Positions 1 through 13,524 of a DNA stretch of 47,311 nt are shown here, piece after piece. The translations under genes and the position numbers were made by a program. A model generated the notes under the pieces. The model saw only the letters and a program-made list of their open reading frames with translations, searched no databases and was not told the origin of the DNA. Numbering within the stretch: position 1 is the first letter of the stretch; each line of letters starts with the position of its first letter. The DNA is from Octopus bimaculoides (lineage: Eukaryota): positions 96,266,136-96,313,446 of the forward strand of contig NC_068985.1 in assembly GCF_001194135.2 (NCBI RefSeq). The letters run 5' to 3'.

Positions 1-408
1 GCTTTCCAGTATGAAAAGAATATGGTCATTGCAGTTTTATTTATTCCTATCAAGTGTTACTATCAAAAGATCAACAAATGCCAACTTTGTCCAATCTCAG
101 CACCATCGATATGAGAAGCTCTTAGCAGCTTTATTAAGAATTTCAAATAAACAACATAACAAAAAAAAAAAAAGAAATAAAGAAGGAAAAAAAACATTAT
201 CAACTCTTTTTGGCCACCAGAAAGAAGAGCAGCTGCAATGAGAACTAATATAGTAGTATCACCTGATACTTTAGATCAATGATGACAACTTAGTATTTGA
301 TGTGTCAGAATATGTGTCCTCCATATACACACAATCACACATATATAGACAGATAGATAAAGAGAAGTAAGAGGCTAGAATACAATACTTTCCATTACTA
401 AACATTAA

Positions 409-630
409 CCCTTTCGTTACCGTATTTATTCTGAGATGCTCTGTATTTCTTTCAATTGATTTCACATATAACAAAGAATTTAGTAAAATAACTTAATTAT
501 CATTCAGCTAGTGTTAGGAACATAAATTGTGACTAAGGTTTGGTGGAAGATTTTAATTCAGAACTTTTGAAAACAAGACATTTCTACTACAGAGCTAGAA
601 GCAGTTTCAGCCAGATTGGTATCCAAAGGG
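409..630. mobile_element. piggyBac-like MITE, 222 bp
   Basis: TTAA on both sides; TIRs CCCTTTCGTTACC / GGTATCCAAAGGG. Confidence 0.8.
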
Positions 631-732
631 TTAAATACAGCAAAATTATAAATTTTGCCCCTTCTAATTAAAGGAAGTCATTCTTGTGAATCTGAGTAAA
701 CAAACTATATCATTAATTTTTCTGAACACATT

Positions 733-1062
733 CATCATCATCATCGTCATTTAGCGTCCATTGTCCATGCTGACATGGGTTGGACAGTTTGACCAGGGCT
801 GGTAAGCTGAGGGGCTGCACCAAACTCTAATCTGATTTGGCATGGTTTCTATGGCTGGATACCATTCCTAATGTCAACCACTCTGAGAGTGAAATGGGTG
901 CTTTTATGTGCCACCATCACGGGTGCCAGTTGTGTGACACCAGTATCTGCCACGACTACAGTTTCATTTGGCTTGATGGGTTTTCCTTCTCAAGCACAGC
1001 ATATTGCCAAAATTCTCAGTCATTTGTCATTGCCTCTGTGAGGCCCAGCGCTCACATGTAAA
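733..1062 (-). mobile_element. RTE-tail element (family C) ending in (TGA)n
   Basis: (TCA)n followed by ..GTCC...CCATGCT..CATGGGTTGGA and GCTGGAT..C.TTCCTAA, shared with many copies. Confidence 0.85.
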
Positions 1063-2401
1063 AAGAAAACGTGCTATAAACTTGGTTGTTAAATAAGAAT
1101 TATAAATGAAGTAATAGCTGATAGTTCAGACTGGTTCAGGTTATTAAAGAGAGACATAATGAAATACTATCTACCACTAGATGTCAGTTGAATCAGCTAT
1201 GAAAATATGGTTGAAATTAAGTATGTAAATAATTTTAAACTGACATTTCCCAGCCTCATTTGCTTAGTTCATCATATTTGTTAGCAAGCAAACATTAAGA
1301 CATATATATATACATATACATCATGTGACCAACCAGACTATCAAATATTGTTACATATCACTGGTCATACATTATGAATCTCTCTCAGTTTCTGTCAAAC
1401 AAATCCACTAACAAAGCTTTGCTTGACATGGGGCAATATAGTAGAAGACACTTGCCCAAGGTGACATGGAGTGCAACTGAATCTAAGACCTCCTGGCTGG
1501 GAAGTAAGCTTCCTAACAGCACAGCCAGGCCTGTACCTATGTGTTTGCTTATCCATCAGATTTGCTTATGGTCAAAGGTTGTTCTTGAATGACAGAATTA
1601 CATTTTTATTAGGCATAACATCTCCAGTGTTTAGAATAACAACAGAGATTGAGAAAACAACTTTCATAACATATTCAATAAATACCTTTTTAATAGATAC
1701 ATTTAAAAAATTATATTTTCACAATCGTATACAGCATATGAATACGTTTCTATTTTAGTACATGATTGTCATTGAAAAACATGTCAGTTTAAATAAACAA
1801 GTTATATTGCTTTTAAGGTACAAAGTTGTTCAACGACAATATACTTACTTGTATATAAATTTTTATTAAACCTAAAAGGTTTAATATTTACTTTTGCTGT
1901 TCTACATCCATGTTCCCATGTTAACACAAGTGGAATGGCTTTTGTTAAGAACAATAATATTTTCAGCTGAATATCCATCCTGCTGCTAACCACTTAAGCA
2001 AGAGGGACAAGAAGAACCTGTCGTCAACTGGGCATATTTGTCCTTTTTTTCCCCTCCAAGACCCTACACAATGGCTACAAGATTTGAGTTTGTTACCAAT
2101 AACATAAAAACATAGCGGGGTTTTTTTTTATGCAACTTCAATCATCATCTTGATCATTAAACATCTGCTTTTTCATGCTTATAGGGATCAAGCAATTTAA
2201 GGCAGATCTTCCAAGGACAGATGCTCTTCCTGTCACCAACCCATACCGATTTCCAAGCGCAGTAATATTACCCATAACCAGACATGTTTTTCATAAAAAA
2301 CTGGAAACAAACAACCTTGCTTGCATGATGATGGCACTCATTTAAAACCATGACATGTGTATGTATGTATGTATGTATATATATATACATATATATATAT
2401 A

Positions 2402-2501
2402 NNNNNNNNNNNNNNNNNNNNNNNNNNNNNNNNNNNNNNNNNNNNNNNNNNNNNNNNNNNNNNNNNNNNNNNNNNNNNNNNNNNNNNNNNNNNNNNNNNN
2501 N
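2402..2501. other. Assembly gap (100 N); other gaps at 14079-14218, 24833-24958, 26759-26788 and 36901-36910
   Basis: N runs, mostly beside microsatellites or SINEs. Confidence 1.
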
Positions 2502-3731
2502 GCAGTCAAATGACTGAAACAAGTAAAAGAGTAAAGAGTATGTGTGTATGTTTGTTTGTTTGTTTATTTGTTCCCCACTACTACTTTACAAACGGAGTTA
2601 GTGTGTTTACATCCCCATAAGCTAGCAGTTCTGCAAGAGAGATTGACCGAATAAGTACCAGGCCTAAATACAACAAAAGGTACATGGGTTGATTCATTCC
2701 ACTAGAAATTCTTCAAGGTGGTGCCCCAGCATGGCTGCAGTCTAATGACTAAAACAAGCGCAAGATGAAAGATAGGTTTAGCAATCTTAAGTTAACACAT
2801 AATTTATCTCAGTGCCCTAGCAAAGTACCCAGACATTTAACAACTTACTTCAGACAGAAAATATGAATTGAGATGTACGTTTTACCAAAGGGTACCAGTA
2901 TAATAATAAAACCTGAGTCACTGTCTAGTTTGCTAGATACTAACCGACATATATTACATACCGATGATGTAAGAGCATTCTGTTTAGTTATTTCGTGAAT
3001 ACTATGAATTGGTGAACTGTTTAATAAATCGGTCAATAACTCACAATATCTTAGTGGTTATAATAGTAACTATATCTGAACATATTGTAATGTGAATGGC
3101 ATTACAATAAGTTTAAAATATACTGACCCAGATATGTTTACATTGGTTCATCCTTTATGCAATGTTAATATTTAAAAGGACAATGAAAGAAAAACTAAAA
3201 TTAAGTCAGCGTATATGTGTTACTACTGCTATTAACCCCTTAACCACCAATCACAAGATATCTTGTAACAACTAAAATGCTTGCTGACAGTCAATCAAAA
3301 CATATCTCATAATTGTATCCTTCTTTATAAAACTATCTTATTGGATTATATATTTAGTTACCATGGAAATTGCTTACGATTAACCAATTAAAAATCATTT
3401 TACAATTGTTATTAGTAACTTTTGGCATATATACTCAATGTACAATCACTAGCTTGTGTGATTACATTCTGGTATATTTTTTCCCAAAATGGCATATACT
3501 GTAGGTGCGGGAGTGGTTGTTTGGTGAGGAAGTTTGCTGCCAAAATATGTGGTTTTGGGTTCAGTCCCACTACATGGCACCATGAGCTGGTGTTTAATAC
3601 TTCAGGAACTGTACTCAGAATACAACAAGTTTTAATAAATACTGTAAGGAAGTTCCCATGATGCATTAATGCTTTTGCCAATTCCATGCCTTTCAAGACC
3701 TGTTAGTGCTGGCAATAATTTCTACAGCATA

Positions 3732-3976
3732 TCTTTTTTCTTCTATTCTTCTATCTGTTTCAGTCATTTGACTGTGACCATGCTGGAGCACTGCCTTTAG
3801 TCAAGGAAATCAACCCGAAGACTTATTCTTTGTAAGCCTAGTACTTATTCTATTGGTCTCTCTTGCCGAACCGCTAAGTGACGAGGATGTAAACACACCA
3901 GCGTCAGTTGTCAAGCAATGTTGGGGGAACAAACACAGATACACAAACACACACATACATATACATACATATACAC

Positions 3977-4015
<39 letters not shown>

Positions 4016-4177
4016 ACGGGCTTCTTTCAGTTTCCGTCTACCAAATCCACTCACAAGGCTTTGGTCAGCCCGAGGCTATAGTAGAAGACACTTGCCCAAG
4101 GTGCCATGCAGTGGGATTGAATCCGAAACCATGTGGTTGGTAAGCAAGCTAGTTACCACAGAGCCACTCCTGCGCCT
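3732..4177 (-). mobile_element. SINE family A (tRNA head, CORE-like box, internal (TA)n/(TG)n), full length
   Basis: A/B-box-like head, CCTTGGGCAAGTGTC core and GACTAAAGGCAGTGCTCCAGCATGG tail; recurs more than 10 times in the window. Confidence 0.9.
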
Positions 4178-4399
4178 GTAGAGATAGCCCTAACAAACGC
4201 TAAATTACAGGGACATAGAGACACTAACACTGGTGGGTGTGGTGCAAATACAAACACAAAGACACACATACACACACTAAATCCAGAACCATGTGGTTAG
4301 AAAGCCAACTTCTTACCATACAGCCATTAGGCTTTTTTTTTTTTTTTGCCACAGAAAATTTTTGTAAAGATGTAAAGTTATAAACTAGAAGCTCAGAAA

Positions 4400-5400
4400 G
4401 TGAGAATCACCTGTATGTTTGCATGTAAAAGGACTTGAAGAATGCTCATTCCAATTAGTGGTGGTGTCAAACAAGGTGATGTAACTGTTCCTATCTATTT
4501 TATTTTCTTTATACTTCATATAATTTACAATAGATATTTTTTCCACTGCTTTCAAAGAATGCTCTGTAAGTATTTGCATCAAGTTATTCAACCTCAAACA
4601 GTATAATTCTAAATCACACACTTTTGTATCTCACTGATAAGAGGCCTCTTGCATAAAGATGATATCATCAGACACAATGAAAAAGAGCTTGAAACTCTTG
4701 TAGATAAAATTTCACTGGCATGTAACATGTTACGCCTTTAAAAGGAATTTAATGTTCTTATTTACAAATGCTAATTTGAAGAGGAGCAACATCACTAGAC
4801 AACAGAAAGATAGCTGTTTGAAAAAATTATTGGCCCCAATGCTATCAAACTTTATACAACAAATATATAATCAGAGAAGATTTTACTGATCAGTTAAGTT
4901 GTAGTTTTAGCATATGTAGAAAATACTTGAAATTCTGAAGGTGTGTTGACATATAATTCCATTTTTCTGTAGTAAATGAATGTATTTTCAATGCATTTAT
5001 GAGATACAAAAGTGAAAAATCATTTATTTTCAACAAAGTGGAGGATATAGCAAAATGAAAGTTAATTAGAGTTCAGACTAAATCTGACTTCTTTTAAAAA
5101 TGACATAAATGAATTGGGTAAAAGTAGCAATCCCAGAGGTGAAAATACACTGCTGATCAGGGAATATGGAAAATAAAATGAACATGTGAAAATTGCTCAA
5201 AACATATAAAGCAGCATAGCTATTGCTGATCAGCATTTGCCAGGAAAACTTTTATGCAAATTAAGGGACAGTGTTAACATTTAATGATGTGATGAAGAAA
5301 AGACAACATTTGGTAGGAATCAGATCTATGCTTCAGAGAAGCATAATCTTGACTGTACGTGTGACATTGTGATGAGAGAATCAATAAGAAAATGTACAAT
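4400..5400 (+). mobile_element. Decayed RTE (BovB-like) LINE reverse-transcriptase fragment
   Basis: PISGGVKQGDVTVPIYF motif at about 4451-4500 and further RT-like pieces with stops and frameshifts; boundaries approximate. Confidence 0.65.
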
Positions 5401-5645
5401 ATTGTACACTAGCTAGCCTGAAAGAGTAGAACATGTGGTCCTCTTATCTCCAAACAATGAGCCAGTCCCTTTCCTTAATGGCATGTCAGTTTTGGAGAAT
5501 TCTGGAATCTTGAGATTGTCTCCCCTTCTCAAGTGGTCTTGACCATAATTGCCATTTGGTAATTATGGTGCTTTAAAAGTGGAGATAATTTTAATATAAA
5601 TGATTTGTAGGTACGTGGTACTTCTTTATGGAAACATAACATAGC

Positions 5646-5864
5646 AGTGTGTGTGTGTGTGTGTGTGTGAGTGTGTGAGAGTACGTGTGAGTGCGAGAAT
5701 GTGTGCTTGAGTGTGTGTGAGAATGTGAATGTGTGCGTGAGTGTGAGTGTGTGAGTGTGAGTGCGTGAGTGAGTGCGAGTGTGTGCGTGCATGAGTGCAT
5801 TGGCATGAGTGCATGTGTGTGTGAGAGAGAAAGAAAGAGAGAGAGAGAGAGTGTGTGTGTGTGT
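5646..5864. repeat. Compound (GT)n/(GA)n microsatellite
   Basis: Direct reading; source of the His/Thr-rich spurious ORFs. Confidence 0.95.
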
Positions 5865-6021
5865 ATAAAAGATTCTTTTGTCTATAGTTCAAGAGGTTTT
5901 TCTACACAAACTACATGATGGATATTTCAAATTCTTGGAGACTTCCTTCTTTGCTACGAATATATTTAAAATTTCTCTATATCTAAAACCATCATTACAT
6001 GCACAATATCATTATATAATA

Positions 6022-6062
<41 letters not shown>

Positions 6063-7671
6063 AATGAACTTTGAGAATAATTTTCTGTGAGAATAGAGTA
6101 ATGCTGCCAACATCATTAGTGGTAATTTTATTTTATCTCCAGCAGTAATTTAAGATGATTGATTTATTCTCATGAAATAATTAAATGTAACTTTACATCA
6201 TTTGAACTGCCATTGAATGAGAAGGGTTTTTTTTTCTTCTTTATTTTTTAATTTTTTTAATAAAAATAAACAACTTCAAATTTTATTTGAAATAATCAAT
6301 TAGCTACAAAATAAATTTAAGATAGTAAATGCTGTAGAGTGGCCAAAGTAAGGTAAAGTACAATTAAAAAAACAAAAAATGCCTAAAGTTTGTCGTGGTT
6401 AACTATCTTACAGTGCTGCTGTATTCAAGCAATGTTAATCTCTTTCGATACTTGACCCTTTGTCAGGCAATGCAAGGAGACTGTTTCCTTTAGTTAATTA
6501 CTGACAAACTTGACTAAAGTTTCAAGGCATCAAGATCTGGTTAAGTGCAGAAGTAGATGGAAGGGAGAGAGGTTGGCTTTAAGTAGAGTACTCCTCCTAC
6601 TACCTGATAACTATGGAAACAAACAAGCACCTAAAACTAGAAAAACAAACAAACAAAAAGAGCTATAAAAGTATAAGTATTTATGTTTTCCAAACGTTAT
6701 TTTGTTCTGTACTGGCATGAGTAACAAGGACGGTTTTTATAAAGTTTGCTGAATTAAATATTTATTTGGTGGAGGTTCAACCTACCACACTAACTCCTCT
6801 ATTATGAAGTAAAAGTAATGAACTTCACCTGGGAGTACAATATAATGATTGCAGGAAAATTTTAATAGAATAGATTTATTTACTCAAGTCAAAAGTTTAC
6901 AAACTACACACATTTCCTTCCTCTTGTTTTTGAAGAAGGAAATTAGAGCTAGTTTGAAGTCTTTTACGCCTCTAAGTGGTTGCTCATAATGCTAGAAATG
7001 TAAGCAAACTTCCAAATCACATCCTACTATCTTAAAACATAAAGTGCGATGGTCCACGATCGTGGCCATCAGGCACAAGGTGACAGGTCACGATTGTGGC
7101 CCAGATTGATGCATTTAGTTTATGGGCATTTGTTGGGGTCTAATATCACTCAAACGCTCCGATACCCCTCAGAATGCTAGAGGACTAATAGTTCAACTAA
7201 TGACTTTTCAGATGATGTAAAATTTGCTACCATTATATACTAAGAACATATTTTAACTCTGTTTTGTTTTTTATGTGTGCATGGTAGTCTCATTTTCATA
7301 AAATGTGCTCAGCAGTCCATGCTATGTAAGTGCAAATCCCAGCATTTTATAGGTTAAAAAGGACACATTCAATAATTTAGTCCTATATATATAGTACGTC
7401 TGAAAAGAAGATGTGATGGCTGGGGCTGGAATGTCTTTGTCGTTTACGAACCACATGGTTCCAGGTTCAGTCCCACTGCGTGGCATTTCATCCGTCTTTA
7501 CTTTCTGAGTTCAAATTCTGCCAGAATCAACTTTGCCTTTCATCCCTTTAGAGGGTCAATAAAATAAGTACCACTTAAGCACTGGGGTCAGTGTAATCAA
7601 CTTACCCCCAACCCTGAATTTGCTGGCCTTGTGCCAAAATTCGAAAGAAATATACGTGTTTATTAATTAGT

Positions 7672-8045
7672 CCACTCGAATGGTGCTTTTTACATGCACA
7701 GGAGCCAGTGAGGCAGCACTGGCAATAATCACCCTTGAATGGTGCTTTTAATGTGCCACTGGCACAAGTGCCAATCAGGCAATACTGTCATCGGCCATGA
7801 CAACAATTTCACTTGCCTCAACAAGTCTCTGCAAGCGCAATTTATTGCCCAATGATTGAAGGCTACTCTTAAATGAGCTGGTTATGCTGCACTGGCATAG
7901 GCTACGGTTATGGTCTCACTTGGCTTGCCGGATCTTCTCAAGCACAGCATATCTCCAAAGGTCTCAGTCACTTGTCATCATCTCGGTATGGCCCAATATT
8001 CGAAGGTTGTGCTTCACCACCTCATCCCAGGTCTTCCTCTTCCAC
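7672..8045 (-). mobile_element. Family C internal fragment
   Basis: GGTGCTTTT..TGCCAC repeat units and the TTCTCAAGCACAGCATAT segment. Confidence 0.7.
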
Positions 8046-8494
8046 AGGTTCCCTCTACTGCTAGGGTGTGACACTTTTTCACACAGCTGTTCTCATCCAT
8101 ACACAACATACACATACACATGCACTTGCACATCTGCCCAAGGTGTCTTGCAGTGAGACTGAACCCGAAACCACATGATTGGGAAGTACAATACAACTGT
8201 TTAATACAAAGTTTAAAGAGTCATTTCAAAGGGAAAAGAGAACCGGTGTTTAACAGTTCTTTACATTATTTTATGATCACATAACATGGATATATATTTA
8301 GATTGTTTTCTTTTCAGCATCAACCATAAAAGAATGTAACAAAATAGTTCAGGTACATACAGTCAGCTGTTATATTTTATGGCATTTGAACAGAGTGTGT
8401 ACAAAACTGACAATTATTTCGCTGGAAATGTTTTCCCATGTATAAAGACATTTCAATAAGTTTATTAGAGAAGGGCACAAAGTTATATGAATAT

Positions 8495-8716
8495 TCTTTC
8501 ATTCTTTTCTTTTATTCGTTTCAGTCATTTTGACTGCAGCCATGCTGGAGCACCGCATTTAGTCAAACAAATCGACCACAGGACTAACTCTTTGTAAGCC
8601 TAGTACTTATTCTATCAGTCTCTTTTGCTGAAATGCTAAGTTACGGGGATGTAAACACACCAATATCGGTTGTCAAGCAATGGGGGTGGGGAACAAAGAC
8701 AGACACACAAACATAT
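8495..8716 (-). mobile_element. SINE family A, 3' half
   Basis: Matches the tail of the 3732-4177 copy. Confidence 0.85.
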
Positions 8717-9232
8717 ATCATCATCATCATTATCATCATCATCATTATCATCATCATCGTTTAATGTCCGCTTTCCATTCTGGCATGGGTTGGACGATTT
8801 GACTGGGGTCTGGCAAGCCAGTAGGCTGCACTAGGCTCCAATCTGATCTGGCAAGGTTTCTACAGCTGGATGCCCTTCCTAATGCCAACCACTCTGAGAG
8901 TGTAGTGGGTGCTTTTTACATGCCACTGGCACAAGAGCCAGTCAGGCAGGCTTGGCATCGTGTTCGGCTAGTGCTTTTTATGTGCCACTGGCACAGGAGC
9001 CAGTCAGGTGGGTCTGGCATCAATCATGTTCGGATAGTATTTTTTACATCCCACTGGCACAGGAGCCAGTCAGGCGAGCCTGGCATCAATCATGTTTGGA
9101 TAGTGCGTTTTACATGCCACTGGCATGGGGACCAGTCAGAGGTCACTGGCATTGACCACGTTCTTTTACATGCCACCAGAACAGGAGCCAGTCAGGGGGC
9201 ACTGGCCACAGCTACGATTTTGGTTTTAGATT
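8717..9232 (-). mobile_element. Family C copy with five internal 57-66-bp tandem units
   Basis: Units start near 8909, 8971, 9037, 9103 and 9160. Confidence 0.85.
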
Positions 9233-9725
9233 AAAAATCTAAGCAAAAACAAAGCAAAAAAAAATTAGTAGGATGCAGTACAAAATATAGTTGGATGATG
9301 CACTAAACAATAGGCATTGCTTGGGATTACACACCCCCAACTCATCACTTCCAAAATGAAGAACTTTTTTTCTAAATAGTTCCTCTAAAATTAAAATTAA
9401 AATGTTGAACTCAAATTGAGTTTTACTCACAGGTTTCCTTTAAAATTACCCTTCACACTGTCATTCTTCAAAGATATCTTCCACATTGTGAGTATTTAAG
9501 GTAAAACAATGAAAAGAGCAGTGGTGCACCTGGGGCAGCCCTGGAGTTTCCCACCCTCTTCCTATACAGACTTATAGATCAGATCCAAAAGTGCTGCCCA
9601 CATAAAGCATTGCCTTCTCCACCCACGTTACTGGTAAAGTGATCCTGCTGTAGTTATAATAATTATTCTAGTTTGCAAATAATATTTTGAAGTTATCAAA
9701 TAATTTTGTTTATTTTCCTAATATA

Positions 9726-10097
9726 CAGGGTGATTCAAAATTCACCATACATAAAAGCAATTTATCTTTTTATAAGAAGCAGTTTATAAGAACAGCTTTT
9801 TTTTTATTTAACAGACTCTATATGGTTACCATTGTTTTGAGTACACATTGCAATACATTAACTCCACTCATTGTGAACTCGTAATTGCACATCTAGTGAT
9901 ACTTGTGCAAATGAGTTGGTGATGCGTTCCTTCAAATGATTTCTGTCTTTCATCTTTCCGCGATACACCATGCCTTTCAAATGCCCCCAAAGATAGAAAT
10001 CAAGAGGGGTCAGATTAGGGGATCAGAGGGATCTTATAAACTGTTTTTATAAAAAGAATAAATTTTTCCTATGTATGGAGACTTTTAAATCACCCTG
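9726..10097 (-). mobile_element. Internally deleted Tc1/mariner element with transposase C-terminal remnant
   Basis: TA-CAGGGTGATT...AATCACCCTG-TA with long imperfect TIRs; 10022-9804 translates SPNLTPLDFYLWGHLKGMVY...GNHIESVK* (SPDL motif, one internal stop). Confidence 0.9.
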
Positions 10098-10809
10098 TAT
10101 AATTTTTGCTTCTTGCACTGAATATTCATATTAAAAAAAAATATTCAGTTTTATCATTAATTTTCTTCCATAGAAGAAAACTTCATGTGCCATTTAAACT
10201 GCGCCAAGTGCTGTTCGGTTTTCTGTGGTCAAGGGATGAAAGCAGAGGCAAACATGAGTGGTAGCAACTACCTAACGTTATTGAGTAGTTTTAGTGAAAC
10301 CAGTACTACCATCTTACCATTAAGAAAGCAGAACTAATTAGCACATTTATTTATGGAGAAGGGTAAAGCTACAGAGAAAGCTGGCTTTTAGATGAAATAT
10401 GACATTTGCCAAATATCAAAAAAGGATAAAAATATGAAAAAAAAAAATGTCTACATAACTGAGATAATTTGTACAAAATGTTCTTTTGATTGTTGATATT
10501 AACACTACTGGTATAGTTAAAACTGGCTTGTCAAGTAATACAGAGAAACACAAAAAACTTGTACAAGAAGTTGTATGAGAATTTAAAAAGACAGCGACAT
10601 TGTTATGAGTAAATATATGTCCTAAAGTATATAAATCTCTTAAATTTGTCCTTTACTTATCTATGTTTTGTAAATCCTTTTATATTGCTGTTTGTAAGAG
10701 AAAAAGTAAAAAGACACTTGCTCAAGGAATTAAATCTAGAACAACATGGTTGCAAAGGGAAATTCTTAAACGCATTCTTTTCTTCTTAATTAGTCGTACA
10801 ATATAACTC

Positions 10810-12060
10810 TTCCCATTATTTTCACAACCTGGTCCATCAATTTCATGCCTCAATGGCTGCTTCTTTTTAGGGCTTCTTGTTTGCCCTTGAAGTTATTGAT
10901 GATACTATGATGCTAGTCATTGCGTATGACACAGTCCTGATTATGTGAGTGACTTGTCTCTGCCATACTTTTCCAGATATTTTCATCATCTCATCAACAA
11001 TCCCTGATGATCCAGCTGCTTTTCCTACTTTCATATCCTAAACTGCACTTTCAGCCATGTTGTTAATTTCAATAGCATGTCCCTCCACTAGAGCAACTTA
11101 AGGTTACTTCCTTGCTCTCTCTCTCTCTCTCTCTCTTTCTCACACACGTTTTCTTCATTCAACCTATCATAACATCTCCAAGCCTTACTTCTCAGTAATG
11201 GTGAAGTACATCACTGCCACTTCAAACACTTTTTCCCAACAATATCTAAATCACCCGACACAGTGCTTTACTATCTGAAACATGAATCTTTTATCACAGA
11301 ACATTGCTTAACCCCTTATTTCTAGCTTCCCTCATGCCGTATATGCCTTCTGATTAGCTGTCCTGTTCCCTGTTTCCTCCTTTCTTCCAGTCTTTCCAGG
11401 CCCATCTCTTGGCTTTTATTACTCAAGCTGGTATCATCCAACCACTCTGTCACTCTTCATCTGGTTGACACCTTGTTCCCATCACAGATCTGGTGTCTGT
11501 GGTAAGGTGTGTGCCTGTCCCATTCTTCTTCTTCTTTCAAGATACATCTCACCTAATGCCTCTCTGAAGAATAAAAAAGTTTCAGTTTCCCCGCCTTTGC
11601 TACACTAAATTGTCTTGTGTTTAAAATTCTTCATGAAGGAAAGAATATTCACAATCCTTTGTCTGCCCAGTTTCCTGGGGACTGTGAAGTCTATCTGGCT
11701 TAACCCTTTTGATACCAACCCAGCTGAAACTGCCTCTGGCTCTGTAGTACAAATGTCTTGTTTTCAAAAGTTTTGAATTAAAATCTTCCACCAAACCTTA
11801 GTCACAATTTATGTCCCTAACACTAGCTGAATGACAATGAAGTCATTTTACTAAATTCTTTGTTATATTTAGAATTAATTGAAAGAAGCACAGAGCATAT
11901 CAACAGAAATACGGTAACAAAAGGGTTAAGTGTTTACTTGAGAAGTGGGTGATGAGATTGCTGGTTAGTTTCCTGAAGTTAGTGTTACAAATGGTCAGGT
12001 CATTTGTCACAGAATTCTAGGAGTTTTCATCTTTTCTCGTTCTTCATACTGTACCCATAT
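10810..12060 (-). mobile_element. Decayed RTE LINE fragment (endonuclease end to RT start)
   Basis: MKVGKAAGSSGIVDEMMKISG near 11000 and ICNTNFRKLTSNLIT near 11970; interrupted by a MITE and a (CT)n tract. Confidence 0.8.
11704..11925. mobile_element. piggyBac-like MITE, 222 bp, same family as 409-630 in opposite orientation, inserted in an RTE fragment
   Basis: TTAA flanks, CCCTTTT...AAAAGGG termini, reverse-complement similarity to 409-630. Confidence 0.8.
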
Positions 12061-13524
12061 CCACCATGCACATTTAATTAGCCAGTGTTCAATTTGTCAC
12101 AGTTGCGATAGTGTGAGGTTGCTGCCATTCAAGTGGGAAAACGGTCCATTTACTCATCAGATAGGAGTGTATAGACAGAGATTACTGTTGTTGGTGTATT
12201 GCCTACGGCTAACCTAAACCTAATTATCCTACTACATACTCTGACTTCTTGAAATATTTTATCTAGCCATTTCTTTCCTAACAAAACGACTACTACACAC
12301 ACACACACACACTAGAACATTTGGTATGAACTACACTGAAGGATTTTGACAAATGTCAACTCATATGATAGAAATAAAAGACTATGGGATTTATACAGTA
12401 CTGAAGCTTTGGAGAATTTTTTTTCTTTTCTTTTTTTTGGCTAAAAACACAATTCTGAATAGAAATTCTTAAACATAGGATATATAAGACTATCATGTAT
12501 CTAAATAGATGATAGTTATCTGTGTCTTTATAACTAATAGGTTGTTCTTTTTATTAAAGAAATAAAATTGTGATATAGTCTTAACTTTTATTATTAGCTT
12601 CTGAAGATCCAACTAAAGGTGAAAGCATAGTTTCTTAACTAAAACATTATAACTGTAGTGAGAGTGTGTGATTTCCTTAAAGGTACAATGACTGTTAAAA
12701 CTCTTCTATAATATACTCTTCAACAATCTCACAATTATTTATCTCACAATATTCAATTCATATGCACTTTAAAGATTATCTTTTCAACATACACTTACCA
12801 CAATATAATTTTTTATTACTTTGTTTTATCAAACTATATCTGTCACTTCACGATTCTATTCTATCCAATAGCTAAATATATAAATATCTATCCGAAGCAC
12901 GTTTCATTTGTTTATCTACAATTTCCTTTATCTCTCACTGCCTTTCCTGGTATTTACCTCTTAAAATACACTACACTGCTAAAACTAAAATCATTTAATA
13001 TCAAGTAGTAATTTTCTGTCATCACATACCTGTAAACAACTGTAAAAACATGAATAAAAAGTAAGATAACATCACCTTTTTACATATCAGGTGATTTTAT
13101 ACTTCAGTCGTAATCTTGAATAATAATAAATGTAAAAAAAGAAAGGTACCCATATATTTACCTTCAATAAACATTCACAATGGATATTAGAAATATTTTC
13201 AAAATACATCTTATGAATATATACAAACATAAACAGATGGGCACATGCATATGTGTGTGTATGTGTGTGCAAGTACACAGGTGTGGCTGTGTGGTAGGAT
13301 GTCTGCTTTGAAACCACATGGTTTTGGGTTCAATCCCATCTTGAGCTAGTGTCTTGTAATTATAACCCTAGGCCAACCAAAGCCTTGCAAATGGATTTGG
13401 GAGATGGAAAGAAGCCTGTCTGACATACATACGTATACACACACACACACACACACGTGTTACTGTGTACCTGCACTGACTTTGCATGATAGTTGTAAAC
13501 AAGAGTTCATCAAGCAAACACTGT

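Noticed and set aside
3810-4181. ORFs and tRNA-like heads within SINEs (also 26482, 31316, 35810 and others)
   Set aside because: The same peptides recur at every SINE copy; the heads have A/B boxes but no full cloverleaf, so these are not tRNA genes.
5529-5892. His/Thr-rich ORFs (also 38301-38810 and 39271-39755)
   Set aside because: Translations of (CA)n/(GT)n microsatellites; open in several frames and without splice context.
8905-9234. Spaced roughly 60-bp repeats superficially like a CRISPR array; ORFs over family C elements
   Set aside because: The units are contiguous diverged tandem repeats inside a retroelement tail, with no unique spacers or cas genes, in a eukaryotic context.
12205-12225. 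CTAACCTAAACCTAA telomere-like motif
   Set aside because: Degenerate, with no TIRs or TSD found around it.
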